From: Octopus sinensis
Taxonomy: Eukaryota
Assembly (NCBI RefSeq): GCF_006345805.1
Contig: NC_043023.1
Location: 15,872,001-15,936,000 of the forward strand
Direction: 5' to 3'
Length of the DNA: 64,000 nt
The stretch's first letter is position 1, and every line of letters starts with the position of its first letter. This document shows positions 11,427-24,790 of the stretch, piece by piece. The notes under the pieces were generated by a model. It was not told where the DNA came from. It saw only the letters and a program-made list of their open reading frames with translations, and did not search any database. The translations under genes and the position numbers were made by a program.

Positions 11427-14400
11427 TCAATGTTCGTCCTTCGGTTCGAAGATGACAAACTGACATCATCTGATGGAACTGCCGCCATGAGACCTGAGGT
11501 GGCTGGTGAGGCCAATCCGGGCAAGGAAGCCCCTCCCACAGGTGGGGCAGAAGTGGGTAGGGGCAGTGCTACTGGTGCAGGCGGCTCTGGCTTTACGCAT
11601 CTGACGTTTCTGCTCCGCTGACCGAATCCGTCCCTCCTCGGCTGTCCCTGCTCCCACGGTGATTGCGCTGCGCCAGGATGAGCGGTTGGCAGCAAGTGTC
11701 TCCCAGGTCTCTGTTCCGATGGAGAAGTCTTTGAGAGAGACCTTAAGACTATCCTTGTAGCGCTTCTTCTTCCCTCCGACTTTGCGCCTGCCCTGGCCGA
11801 GTTCACCGTAGAAGAGCTGTTTTGGGATGCGAGTGTCGGACATGCGGCAGACGTGGCCCGCCCATCTCAGCTGGGCCTTGCGCATGATTGTGATGGTGCT
11901 AGGGAGATCTGCCTGCTTCAGAACTTCCGTGTCTGGGACTTTGTCCTGCCAGCGGATATGAAGGAGATTCCGAAGACACCTGAGATGGAAGTGGTTTATC
12001 TGGCGCTCGTGCCTTCGGTAAGCAGTCCACGTCTCGCAGCCGTATAGTAGGGTGGTAAGCACGACTGCCCGGTAGACTTTCAGCTTGGTGTTGAGGCTGA
12101 TTCCTCTCCGCTCCCAGACTTTCTTTCGCAGTCTCCCAAACGCGCTGCTTGCCTTGGAGATTCTGTTGATGGTTTCAGCATCTATGTTGGCATTGCAGGA
12201 GAGAGTGCTGCCCAGGTAGGTGAAGTTTTCCACCACTCGTAGGATCCGTCCGTTCACCCTTATCTGAGGCTCATGGTATTGTTTGCCGGGGGCTGGCTGA
12301 AACATCACTTCGGTTTTCTTGGCACTGATGGTGAGACCGAAGTTGTCACAGGCTGATGAGAACCTGTCCATCTCGAGCTGCATCTCCTGCTCATCGATTG
12401 CATTAAGGGCGCAGTCGTCAGCAAAGAGAAAGTCTCTGACGACTGTCTCCCTCACCTTTGTGACAGCCTGCAATCTTCTGGAGTTGAAAAGTTTCCCGTC
12501 TGTCCTGTACTTGATGTCGATACCGGACTTGCAGTCCCTAAAGGCGTCGAACAGCATTGCCGAGAACATGATGCTGAACAGTGTTGGGGCCAGGACACAG
12601 CCCTGCCTGACTCCGTTGGTCACCTGGAAGGCTTCAGATGAGTTGCCGTCTTCAAGGACTCTGGCTGTCATTCCGTCGTGGAACTGGCGGACAATTGCAA
12701 TAAATTTGCTGGGGCAACCAAATTTTCCCATGACCTTCCATAGTCCCTCCCGACTGACTGTATCAAAGGCCTTGGTGAGGTCAACAAAGGTCATGCAGAG
12801 GTCAAGGTGCTGCTCCATGCATTTCTCCTGGAGCTGGCGGGCGGCGAATATCATGTCAGTGGTCCCTCGACCCGCGCGGAAGCCACACTGGCTCTCAGAG
12901 AGAAGGCCTTGCTCCAAGTGTTCCAGAAGGCGGTCAAGCAGGACCCGGGCCAGGATCTTGCCTGCTATGGACAAGAGGGAGATACCTCGGTGGTTGTCGC
13001 AGGACTGCCGATCTCCTTTCCGCTTATAAATGTGGACGATTGTTGCGTCCCGGAAATCTTGAGGGAGTTGTTCCCTGTCCCACATCGACTGGAACAGGCT
13101 GGTGAGCTGACTGATCATGGTGGGGCCGCCCGACTTGAACACCTCTGCAGGGATGGCGTCAGAGCCTGGAGCTTTGCCGGTGGACATTTTTTTGATGGCT
13201 CTGCTCACTTCCTCGACTGCGGGGGGAACAGCCAACTCGTGGTTTGTCGGCACCTGGGGGAGTCGTGCGATGGCTTCCTCGTTGATCTGGGCTGGTCGGT
13301 TGATCACGATGTTGAAATGCTCCGCCCATCTCTCCAGGATCAGCCTCTTGTTAGTCAGGAGTGAGGTTCCATCCGAGCTGAGCAGGGGGGTTGATCCAAA
13401 GGAGAACTGCGGTCCATAGACAGCTTTCAGCGCCTCGTAGAATTTCTTGGTGTCGTGTTTGTCTGCGTATCCCTGAATCTCATCCGCCTTGGCGCTTAAC
13501 CATGCGTCTTGCATGAGGCGGAGTTTAGCCTGGACTGTGCTGCGAATGTTGTTGAAAGCGGCCTTCTTTGCCGTGCAGGTGGTGTCGTTTTGGTGAGCCC
13601 GCAGCAGACGGCGTTTCTCTTCCAGGAGCTTTTGGATTTCCTGGTCGTTTTCGTCGAACCAGTCCTGGTGGTTCCTCGTAATTTGGCCCAGAGTTTCAAG
13701 GGCGATGGAATGAACCGTGTCCCTGAATGATTCCCACTGCTCATCGATGCTGGACTGGTCACTCCGAATGTCCAACAGCTTGCTGTCCATACGTGACTGG
13801 AGATCTTGTGCAGTCAGCTGGTTCTTTAATTTCGTGATGTTAAGCTTCCTCGTCACTTTCTGACCCTGTGGTCTTCTCTTAGGTCGGATGTAGAAATCCA
13901 TCCTGGAGATGATGAGGCGATGGTCCGTCCAGCAGTCAGCTCCGCACATGGCTTTGACCAGTCTCACGTCCTGCCTGTCTTTCGCCCTGACGATGACGTA
14001 ATCTATCAGATGCCAGTGTTTGGAGCGTGGATGCATCCATGATGTCGTATTGCGTGTTGGCAGACGGAACAAGTTGTTGGCGATGGTAAGATCATGAGAG
14101 GCACACGCACGCAGGAGGAGCTGCCCTTTGTTGTTGCACTTTCCGATTCCTTGCTTTCCCAGTACGCGATGCCAGGCTTGGTGGTCAGTCCCGACACGGG
14201 CGTTAAAATCCCCAAGGAGGATGAGCTTCCCAGGCTGGGCTGACGTGATGAGGGAGTCGAGTTCCTCATAGAACCTGTCCTTAACTTCTTCAGGGTTGGT
14301 CATGGTGGGGGCGTAAGCACTGATGATGGTCGCACTAGTCTTGTTTCCAAGTGGGAGCTGCATCTTCATCAGCCGATCGTTGATACCCTCGGGGGGGGGG

Positions 14401-15398
14401 GCTTTCCAGTTTCCGCACGTGTACTGACTTGATGGCAAAACCATCACCAGCCTCACGACGCTCTTCGCTGCTGCGACCACTCCAAAAGAAAGTATAGCCG
14501 CCGCCTGTCTCTGTCAGCTGGCCTTTGTCCCCAAGGCGGGTCTCGCTCAGTGCTGCAATATCGACATTGTATCGGCTCAGTTCTCTGGCCACCAGGGCAG
14601 TTCGTCTCTTTGGTCTGTCCGCTTTGGTGTTGTCAAGCAGAGTTCTCACGTTCCAAGTTGCGAAAGTGAGCACCTTTGTTTGTTTTCTTCTTTCTTTGTT
14701 TCGACCGCTTGGAAAGGATCCCCGCCAGCCGCGGTTTGCTGACCAGGGTGAGGTGAGGCAGGCTATGTTTAGGGCAACCTTTTCTAGCCCCGTCCTCATG
14801 CTGGGGAGGCGAGCAGAGCGATCCTGAAGAGGGCTGCTCGGTCACTCAGGAGGCTGCCGGACTCCACTGCTGCCTCAGTTCAGTGAGGGGCGACCACATG
14901 TCCTGAGCCGCCTGTGTGTGGGTTCACGACTGCAGCTCCCAGTGTATCCTCACCTGCTACTTCGCCGTTTCCCCATCGCCACAGGACTTTGGGATGGTGT
15001 CATGACGTCATGATGTCGTGACATGCGCGTGAATTGGATTATAGTGAGGGTGACTTGCGCAGGATCAGCCTCACTCTCTCGTCCTGGTGCGCCGGATCCA
15101 GTGGCAAGACAAAGTCAAGACGACTGGGGGTAGACCAAGATGCAGGAGCTGCCGGAAGGTGGCACGCATGGCGCAATCCAACCGCCTTAGGGGCTCCACT
15201 CCGGATTTTGGATGGCCATTGACTCATGAGAGAGTTCCTCTGCCCTTTGACAGGTTTTGTTTTTAGTCCTGCTGGGTGTCCAAATCACCCTCCTCACCAA
15301 GAAATCTTGGTGGGGTTGCCAGTTTAGTCGCCAACGACCATGTAACAGGTTGTACTGGGTTACATGTTACCAGTAGCTCCAAGCGGAGACCTGACAAC
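11427..15398 (-). mobile_element. RTE-clade LINE, apparently full length (about 3.97 kb), 10-bp TSD AATCACTGAT
   Basis: TSD at 11417-11426 and 15399-15408; single APE+RT ORF; short 3' end GTCATCTTCGAA..GAAGGACGAACA; about 600-bp 5' UTR. Confidence 0.95.
11466..14799 (-). CDS. RTE ORF: AP endonuclease, reverse transcriptase and C-terminal C2H2 finger; one frameshift in a G11 run (14391-14401)
   Basis: TWNVRTL, LSETR, GDFNARVG, IDYVIV, TDHRL, QCGFR, FVDLTKAFD, GVRQGC, LFADD, CPTC..H..H. Confidence 0.92.
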
Positions 15399-15456
15399 AA
15401 TCACTGATAGTGCTTCATCAGTTGAGACTTTGGTGAACAGACTTATCACATCTAGA
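15399..15456 (-). mobile_element. Penelope-type RT relic, upstream half
   Basis: Minus-strand LDVISLFTKVSTDEALSVI (PLE RT DVxSLFT motif). Confidence 0.7.
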
Positions 15457-16624
15457 CATTTGGTCGACTTTCCTTTATGCTGGACGGTATAAAGCTTATT
15501 TTTACTTTATAAATTTACTAAAACTATTAAATGGTTAACTACTTTATGAAGTTTCACTTTGATGCTGGTAATCACAGTCTGGGCCATATTTTACTGTATC
15601 TAACACCGCCGACAACATCATAATACATCCTTGTGCATGTAAACTCCCTAAGTAAATATGACGTAGCATTCCTACAGAAACCTTCATTTACTTTATACGA
15701 TGTTTAATGTTGTTTCACATTCATGTTGAATTATGCAGCAGTCTTATGTTCTCTTCACAGAACACTTGTAATGTATGTATTACCAGTTGTTTTGGTATTG
15801 TAGATCTTTGCTATCCTTGTTTACGTCTCCTCACAGATGTGTATATTCTAACAAGTCACTTCTTAAATTTCCCACCTCTCTTGTTCAATAAACACTGAGT
15901 TAAACTTGCAAAGCTGTTTATTTTCTCTTTTTGATTTTTATTGTTTATTTCAGCAGGTTACCAAACTATCAGTTTCGTCTCCCGGCTAAAACAGTTGTGA
16001 CAGATTTTAAAGTTTGTTTGACATTTTAGAAGTGTGAAAGGGATTAAAATTTCGATACTCCATATCAAAGGTTCCGACAAGAATAGGCAGAAAATCAGAG
16101 CTTGAGACAAGAAGACACTTTCGACCAATCAGAATTCTGTTTACATAATCAGTTTGATTGGACACCTTCCTCTGTCATTTGATTAAGTGTCATCCAAGCT
16201 GATGTTTATTGGTAATTAAACTTAATTTGCAACACCTGTGCATATTTATCAGCTTTGTTTTTGTTGATGAGAACTGGCAACAACTTTTCCTATGATCGTG
16301 ATTTGGGAAGACCTACAGAAGAATACGAAAGATCGGACATAATCTCTTGAGGGCAAGAAACCTCTATATATATAAACGGCAAAATGTCTGTCTGTGTGTG
16401 TCCTTTATACAAATCCACAATTTTTCAGTTAGAGGGCTTGCACTTTCTATGGTCATTCAAAACTATCCAAGGGTGGTCGTGCACATCTTTACATTTCCCC
16501 AGCCACCCCACAAAGCCATTAAACAATCAATAGAAGTGGTTTTTTGTGAATTTTCTATCCCAACCCAATCAAAATACCTGAAACATGATACGCCAATTGA
16601 ATGCCAGCTAGCTGTATGGTTGTT

Positions 16625-16897
16625 CCTGCTTGAGCCATGCCTGGCTCATAAGGGCCGGTTTCTTGATGTATAGGTTCCCCACCAGGATGGGACGCCAGTC
16701 CATCGCAGGTGAGCTGCAAGATGCAGGAGGATAGAGTGAGAGAAAGAGTCAGCAGACGTTTCACCATTACCTTCTGCCGGAGCCACGTGGAGCTTAGGTG
16801 TTTCGCTCATAAACACACACATCGTCCGGTCTGAGATTCGAACCCGCCATCCCTTGACCGCAAGTCTGCTGCTCTAACAACTAGGCCATGTGCCTCT
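16625..16897 (-). mobile_element. tRNA-derived SINE, family C
   Basis: Minus-strand GGCCTAGTTGTTAGAGCAGC...GGGTTCGAATCTC head; related copies near 25127 and 63633. Confidence 0.7.
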
Positions 16898-17904
16898 GCA
16901 GCTAGCTGTATGTGATTGGTCAGAGATTTGGACAGTACTCGCGTGTATGTGTGCACACACGCAGCTGTATATGCATGCACTAGCACTATGACCCAGAGTT
17001 GCGGGGTCATATTGCTAGTGTAAAATAAAGTTTATTATAAACAACACAAACACTTCATAATTTAATAACTTTCAATGTGATACCTGTTAAACAGAAATTA
17101 TTTTTAATTAGTGAAAATTTAATAAAATCTAATCATGAGTAAGTGAAATTATGCTAAATACAACTAAATTGGAAACCTTTTCCCTCTGGCCAACAATTGG
17201 GTGTGAATTTTACACGAGTAGAAGCTTCTTTTTAACAGTTTTTATCCTGAAAATTACCTGTGTAAATTACACAGGTGTGCAAATTACATGTTTTTATGGC
17301 GTACATATATATATATATAGGTTATAATAGGTTATGGTGTCAGGTAATGTTGAATAAGTGCTATAGACACCATAGTTAAGTTCCAGGTTCGGTAATTTTT
17401 CGAAGGGGTTTCAACATTGGTCACTTGTCAGCGTGTGTGTATAAAAATTATTTGTGTAATGAGATAAAGAACCAAGGCTGTGTAGATATGAGGCGAGGCT
17501 GGCAACGGCCACGAACAGATGGTTCGCTTACTTGTCACTGGCACTGGTATCACAGCTGCAATTTCCATTGATGTTGATCGACTTCGATTTTGGTTCTGCT
17601 TTCTGATATCTGATTTGATTTGGTTTAATTTTGATTTTGATTTTCACTTGCCTCAACGGGTCTTCACAAGTGGAGTTTTGTGTCCCAAGAAGGAAAGGTA
17701 TGTATAAGTCGACAGGCTACATACCAGGTAGAGGCTACGGGTTATGGTCTCACTAGTCTTGCCGGGTCTTCTCACGCACAGCATACTTCCATAGGTCTCG
17801 GTCTCTAGTCATTTCCTTGGTGAGACCTAAAGTTCAAAGGTTGTGCTTCACCACCTCGTCCCAGGTTTTCCTGGGTCTACCTCTTCCACAGGTTCCCTCA
17901 ACTG

Positions 17905-17944
<40 letters not shown>

Positions 17945-18097
17945 ATATGAATGTATGCATAAATATATATACATACATATATATATACATCTCCAAGGGA
18001 TCTGGGTTCAAGTCCCATGGCTGGTTGTTGACAAATTTTTAAATGGCGGTGCCCCAGCATGGCCACAGCTCATGAGCTGAAATTAGATGAAATGAAA

Positions 18098-18182
<85 letters not shown>

Positions 18183-18216
18183 TATATATATATGCGTGTG
18201 TATGTGTGAGTGTATA

Positions 18217-18255
<39 letters not shown>

Positions 18256-18258
18256 TAT

Positions 18259-18311
<53 letters not shown>

Positions 18312-18382
18312 TATATACATATATATACACACACGCACATATATATATATATATACATATATATACACACACACACATATAT

Positions 18383-19090
18383 ATGTAGAAAATTTTAGAT
18401 TAAAAAAACATCTTAATTTTGAAAAATAAATTTTTAAAAAACCCGAATTATTTATTGAACGGCACAGAATACGTGTCTCTCCTTCATTCACCGATTTACG
18501 TGTCTGTCCGACTGATTGTCTGTCTGTCTCTCTGCATCTACGTCTCTCACCCTCCGCATTATAACGCTGGCATAACATTTGGTGTTAAGGGAGACTACTC
18601 ACAAATATATTGTACAGGAGTTAGCTCCCTTAAACAAAGCTGCGAAACCGCTTCACTGCCATTTTTTGAATTCAACCGCTTAAGGGAGACTACTCTCAAG
18701 TATAGATGGTTTATATATAGGAGTTCTTTCCCTTGACACCATTTACCTACAAAATAGATTTTATCGTCCGAAGTTTACTAGTTTCGATTCTTGGACAACC
18801 GCCATGCTGGAGCACCACATCAACGTGTTTACCCATACTCATCGACGGCTGGGCTTATCTCTCTTCAGACTGCTACTCATTCCTTCCTTCTCCTTTTGTC
18901 GAATTGCTAAGTTACGATGACGTAAACAGCCAAAACCGAAAATGAAGCGTTGATTTGGGACAAACACAAGTCACAGATATGGAAATATATGTGTGTGCGT
19001 GTGCGTGCGAGCGCGTGTGTATGTGTGCACGTGTGCTTGCGCACGTAAGTGTGTGTGTGTGTGTGATATATATATACATGTATATATATA
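18383..19090. repeat. Dispersed duplicated segment, copy 2 (empty site for the SINE at 277-675)
   Basis: CACAGAATACGTGTCTCTCCTTCATTCACCG is contiguous here but interrupted in copy 1. Confidence 0.85.
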
Positions 19091-19950
19091 CACCTTTTAC
19101 ACATTTTTTTCCATTTTTGCCACGCCGGAACGAATCTAGTACGGTTGATCGTGTGAGTTTTCCAAGCCCCCTCCCCACCCCCTCCTTTGTCAGCGCGCTT
19201 TTTTTTTTTCATCATATACCTTCAATATACGATGCCTTACACCTGTTACACATATTTTTTTTCCGTTTTTGCCACCTGGGCGCGGATCTATAAATTAACC
19301 AAAATTTTGAATTTCCAAAGATTTGCGACAATAAAAGGTTTTGTACAAAGAGAAAACGAACTTAAATCTAAAAAATAAGACGAAATTATTACTTTACTCA
19401 CGATTAAATCTCAATCGTTATCTTCGAAGGAGTCCTTTTCCCTGCAGTTTTGATACAGAAGAAGAAATTCATGCAGAAAAGTCGCTAATTTCAAAAAAGG
19501 GATCAAAGAACTTCTCAGACACCAGAAACGATCCTCACCAAAAAATACCGTTAAAAATGGGGTGTGTATAAAACATGAATTGGTTTGTTTTGAATACCGA
19601 AACGAAATTGTATATCGTACCAAACTTATCGGCAATTATTTAGGCCAAACAATGTTTTTTTTTTCTATTTTATTCTGAGCTTAAATTCTGCCAATGTCAA
19701 TTTTACCTTTCATAGCTTCGGAATCAATAAAATAAAGACCCAGTCAAAAACAGAAGTCGATGGTAGTCCAACCAGCGTATCAAGTGAAGCCTAGGAGGTC
19801 TCTACATATGCTAGAAATGGCAGCCAAATCTCTTGAATTTACATGCAAACGAGTGGGAATTGCGGTGGTGAAATATGGCAGATTCAGTTTTAGGGTTTTT
19901 TTTTTTGTTAACTTTTTTACAAACCTGTTCCAACATTTCACATGATTCTA

Positions 19951-21212
19951 CGAGGGGCGTTCAATAAGTAATGCCTCTGACCCACTTGCCTTTGTTTGAT
20001 CTAGCTGAAATTTTGCATGTGCAATTATTGATATCTCTATAGATTAAGTGGCAAATTACAGCTCCGAACTAATTGTGGTTTCTGATTTACAGGTGTTTGA
20101 AATGAGTCAAGTGGGAAATGGAGCATGTTGAGTGTCGAGCAGTGATCCGGTTTTTGTATTTGAAAGGACGCACACCACAGGAGACTTTTAATGAAATGAA
20201 AGTAACTTATGGTGATGATGCCCCATCATATGACCTTGTAATACGCTGGCATCGTGAATTCAAACATGGTCGGAACTCTGTGGAAACAGCTCCCAGATCT
20301 GGTCGCACCCCTTCTGCCATTGATGAGGCATCTGTCCGTCAAGTTGAGGCTACCATTTTGGAAGATCGACGCATAACTATTTCGCGAAATAGCCCATGAG
20401 GTCAAGATTAGTACCGGGTCTGTGGAAACTATCATTCATGACCATTTGCATATGCAAAAGGTGTCTGCCAGATGGATTTCCAGGTTGCTCACACTTTTCC
20501 AGAAGCAAGAACGCAAGAATTTAGGGATGTGCCAAGATGAGTCAAACTTTTTCAAAAGACTGATTACACAGGATGAGACCTGGGTCCATCACTATGATCC
20601 AGAGACCAAAGCCCAGTCAATGCAGTGGAAGCACCATGACTCACCTCCTCCAAAGAAGGCAAGGGTGCAGCCCTCCGCTGGCAAGGTCATGCTCACAGTC
20701 TTCTGGGACCAGGACGGAGTAGTGATGACAGATTTCCTGGCAAAGGGTACCACAATTGCAGGAGCCTATCATGTTTCACTTTTGAGGAAATTAAGAGAAG
20801 CTATCGAAACCAAGAGGCGGGGCAAGATCAGCAAAGGCATCCTCCTCCTGCAGGACAACGCTCCGGTCCACAACTCGCGTGTCGCCAGATCAGAAGCACA
20901 GGCGTGCGGCTATGAACTCTTCCCCATCCCCCCTACTCTCCTGACCTTGCACCCTCTGATTTTCACCTCTTCCCAGCCATGAAGTTGTTTTTGAAAGGAA
21001 AGCGTTTCCTAGATGATGCAGCCTTGATTTCTGAAGTCACGTCGTGGTTGGAGGACCAGGCTGGTGTCTTCTATGAAAACCGTCTCCAGAACTGCATCAA
21101 ACGATGGGAGAAATGCGTACCTCTGGGTTGTTCCTATGTAGAAAAAGACTAATACCTGTGCCAAGTTTCGTTGTTCTACTGGTCAGGGGCATTACTTATT
21201 GAACGCCCCTCG
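19951..21212 (+). mobile_element. Full-length mariner (DD34D-type) transposon with TA TSD
   Basis: TIRs CGAGGGGCGTTCAATAAGTAATGCC / GGCATTACTTATTGAACGCCCCTCG flanked by TA; 1262 bp. Confidence 0.95.
20118..21152 (+). pseudogene. Mariner transposase, frameshifted
   Basis: HTH N-terminus, ITQDETWV, LLQDNAP, YSPDLAPSDFHLF and RWEKCV spread over shifted frames. Confidence 0.92.
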
Positions 21213-21639
21213 TATTTATTAAAACTTATTAAAACTTCGATCGTTGTATGCCTGGTCGTCATAATGTTGCCACCATGCACAAAATGCCAACTTCTCTGAT
21301 TGAGTAAAAATGCCCTTTTACTTGTTTCAGTCATATGACTGCGGCCATGCTGGAGCACCGCCTTTAGTCGAGCAAATCGATGAAAGACGACAAGCCGTTC
21401 CATTGTTTGAGAGAAAATAAGATTTTATTTACAAGGTGTTAAGGTTAGAAGGTTGTGAGTGCTAGCAAGTGTTGTGTATGTGCGCAAGCAACAAGTGCTT
21501 TTGTGTCTGTGGCAGATACAAATGAGGGTGAATGCGTGTGACACAGAAAGTACAGAGCATAGAGTTAATGATGGAGATTGGTTTACAGTTCGTAAGGTAC
21601 ACGATATGTAAGAGTTCCATATCAAGATGTGTTTCAGGC

Positions 21640-21930
21640 GGAGACCGGTTGGGCGAATATTGTCGAGCCGCGATTTCATCGTTGAACTTACTCTCCTCCG
21701 ACCGCCCGTTGCGGCAGAAGTTTTCGGCTTTTACTGACGCGTATGTTGCGTCAGGGTGGGGACTCATTATGAGATCCCTGACCGATGTGGCGAGTTTGGG
21801 AGGCAAACTCGAATAGAGCAGATGCAACTGCTGCCGTGGAGGAACGGCATGGGCGGAAAAATGCGACTCCACCTGGGCAAACCACAGACCCGCATCCCCC
21901 GTGAACAAAGGCAAACCTGGTGCAGCCATG
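21640..21930 (-). mobile_element. Ty3/Gypsy gag N-terminal fragment
   Basis: MAAPGLPLFTGDAGLWFAQVESHF...PDATYASVKAE; similar to the gag pieces at 55.1-56.2 kb. Confidence 0.75.
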
Positions 21931-22295
21931 TTCGTCCGAAAACGCCTGTCAGAAAGGGGCAGAAGGTAAGAACGAGAAGCGGAGAACACGCGGAACCGAC
22001 AAAACAAACCAAAAAATAAAATGTGTTTGTGTACTGGTGTGTGTGTGTGTGTGCACTTTGTGGGTAGTAGAGAAATAGGTGTGTGTGCACAAAGGAAAAA
22101 CAAAGGCTACAGAAAAATAATGTGTGAGGACTATTTTTTTTTTTTTTTCAGTGTACTGAGTGCGATGGATAAAACTTTTTGTACGCACCTTCGCCGTCCT
22201 GAAATGGAAAAAAAAATGAAACTGAAACTGAGAGGTCAATCCACGTGTGTGCTGACTGGCAAGCCTGTTCGCTGCGTCTTCTGTTTATTTTTTTC

Positions 22296-22700
22296 TCTCG
22301 GGGTCACTAATTGTAACAGGATCAGGTTCGGTAACACTGGAGGGGTGTCCGATCTGATCCCGTCACATACAATTTAGGTAGAATAACAGAGACAAAGTCA
22401 GGCGGTCTACGATCACAGCAAAATGGTTGTTTATTTCTCGTCACAATCAACAACCGGTGGGAAACCGACAGCCGAATCCGCAGCACTGATCGCTCGCTTT
22501 CTTGTTTGTTAGTCGAACGATTCGTCGGCTTCGCTGCTTGGTTGGGATGAAGTGCTCAAAGAGACAGTCAATACACGTCCGTTCTCCGGTGCTGCCTGAG
22601 CCAGAAAAAGGTGAGTGAGCGACCTGCGTGTTAGAGGTCCGTTCCTGCGCATGAGAAAGACTTCCGGTGATAGTTGCTTATTTCATTCACTTCAGAAAGT
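22296..22700 (-). mobile_element. Gypsy LTR remnant with PBS
   Basis: Minus strand ...CTGTTACA|ATTAGTGACCCCGAG upstream of gag; matches CTGTTACA|ATTGGTGACCCC at 55568 and 57179; distal boundary uncertain. Confidence 0.55.
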
Positions 22701-22979
22701 AGCAGTTGCCCATTGAACGAGCACCTCTAAGTTAGTTTTCACAAACTTATTAACTAATAATTATAATCGAAATAATGCTAATAATCACATACGTGGTGGA
22801 ATTTTGGAAGATTTGCTCTAAAAACTACCATTTCTTTTTTTTTTTTTTTTTTTTACATTTTTTCGACACAACCCCAACTTTTTCGGCTGCGGGGAATACG
22901 AATATAGTGGGAATTACAAATAACGCGCGTACGTATCATAGTTGTAAATAAACAGACACACTAAATATAATATACATAC

Positions 22980-23061
<82 letters not shown>

Positions 23062-23062
23062 C

Positions 23063-23266
23063 GGAGATGTACTTGCATAGCAAGTGATTTGATCTGAGAT
23101 CGTGTGCTGAAACGAAAACAATTACTGCGTAGAAGGTGTTTATAAGCCATTTAAGAAGCACAAAAATATTTTCGTCGCTTTAAGACCACGACGAAAATTT
23201 TTGACAAATCAAACTTAAATGTTGAAGTGAATCTAACAGATTTCGTGTGTGTATATATAATATATA

Positions 23267-23299
<33 letters not shown>

Positions 23300-23492
23300 G
23301 GAGATGTACTTGCATAAGCAAGTGATTTGATCTGAGATCGTGTGCTGAAACGAAAACAATTACTGCGTAGTAGAAGGTGTTTATAAGCAATTAAGAAGCA
23401 CAAAAAAATATTTTCGTCGCTTTAAGAACACGACGAAAATATTTTGACAATCAAACTTAAATGTTGAAGTGAATCTAACAGATTTCGTGTGT
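23063..23492. repeat. Two tandem copies of a ~190-bp interspersed repeat separated by (TA)n
   Basis: GGAGATGTACTTGCATA...GAATCTAACAGATTTCGTG occurs twice; same family forms the hairpin at 48043-48382. Confidence 0.8.
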
Positions 23493-24073
23493 GTATATAT
23501 ATATATATATATATGTATTCTACCAAATATATACATTTTTATTATTTTGGGAGAAAGAGAAAGGCAGAGATAAAGGAGGAGAAAAACAGATAGATATAGA
23601 AAGGCAGAGAAAGAATGAGAGAGAGAAAAAGTGAAATAGACACACTCTACTAAATATATACGTTTTTATTATTTTGCAATTTACTTAATCATCGGCATAA
23701 TGAGATGGCAAATATTTCCTTATTGTTTTCACGTATTTTTGTATTTTTATTCGTGTACATCATCCGTTCTCCGTCCTTGTGTTGTATACATTCAAGGCTT
23801 TCTTCCAGGGGATCTAATGCGCTTGGCTTAGATTTCCCTTGGGGGCAGCCCAGGTCGGAGCAATCTCAAGATTAATCAGCCGAAATTACGAAGATGACCC
23901 GGTTCTTGACTGATGATTGAGGGCTTCGAATGTCCCGTCCTGTGTTTCTTGTGTCGTCTTCTAGGTGTTTCACGTTCTTATCCCAGTTTGTATGTATTTT
24001 TTACTTTTACATATATATATATATCCATCTATATCTATCTATATATATATCCATCTATACTAATCTATCTATA

Positions 24074-24156
<83 letters not shown>

Positions 24157-24264
24157 TATATATACAATTAAAGGCCCCTAAATTAAGATGCCGAGTGCTG
24201 GGGACACAAAGAAGATGAACTTATCGAGAGTGAAAATCAAAAACATTTACCGATAACTTTACTC

Positions 24265-24336
24265 CTCGGACCGATCAGTTTCTGCCTCTTTCTAGCAAAA
24301 CACAAAATGTTTGCTAAGGCTGGCTTTATCAACGAG
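24265..24336 (-). ncRNA. Hammerhead-like motif (U3-A8 variant), left arm
   Basis: Reverse-complement counterpart of the motif at 24487-24560. Confidence 0.55.
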
Positions 24337-24486
24337 TCGCCTAAATTGAATCGAGGTCTGCAGCGAGTGAGAACATGTGTCGATCTCGACTACTAGCAGA
24401 TCTTAACTTTTCAAATCTCTGCGCAGACGCAAAATCTACACGGCATTATAAGGCATGCCAGGAAGAATTCGATTCAATTTAGGCGA

Positions 24487-24560
24487 CTCGTTGATAAAGC
24501 CAGCCTTAGCAAACATATTTTGTGTTTTGCTAGAAAGAGGCAGAAACTGATCGGTCCGAG
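24487..24560 (+). ncRNA. Type I hammerhead-like motif with U3-A8 core covariation
   Basis: CTCG-TTGATAA-aGCC...GGCa-GAAAC-TGATCG-GTC-CGAG. Confidence 0.6.
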
Positions 24561-24790
24561 GTGTAAAGTTATCGGTATATGTTTTTGATTTTCACTCTCG
24601 ATAAGTTCATCTTCTTTTTGTGTCCTCAGCACTCGGCATCCTAATTTAGGGGCCTTTAATTGTATTACTACATGAATAATATTTTTCTATACGAATAATA
24701 TTTTTGTCTTATGACTGATTCGTCTTTTGTGCTGGGCACCTGGTAGTAACTAATATTTCTACTCTTCTTGCTTATATTCGCATATATAAA

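Larger units (their letters stand above)
24163..24664. repeat. Inverted repeat, about 190-bp arms with a 115-bp spacer
   Basis: 24163-24354 is the reverse complement of 24469-24664. Confidence 0.92.

Noticed and set aside
12319-13730. Plus-strand ORFs of 70-236 aa
   Set aside because: Antisense shadows of the GC-rich RTE ORF
14850-15398. Possible HDV-like ribozyme in the RTE 5' UTR
   Set aside because: I could not build the nested double pseudoknot by eye; it needs a descriptor search
18603-18747. Minus-strand open exon-like segment (TAG...GTGAGT)
   Set aside because: The paralogue near 796-941 has an in-frame stop, and the segment is built from AAGGGAG.. / ..CTCCCTT inverted motifs typical of a repeat
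23905-23942. CTGATGA...CGAA motif (also near 45160)
   Set aside because: No GAAA and no convincing stems I or III
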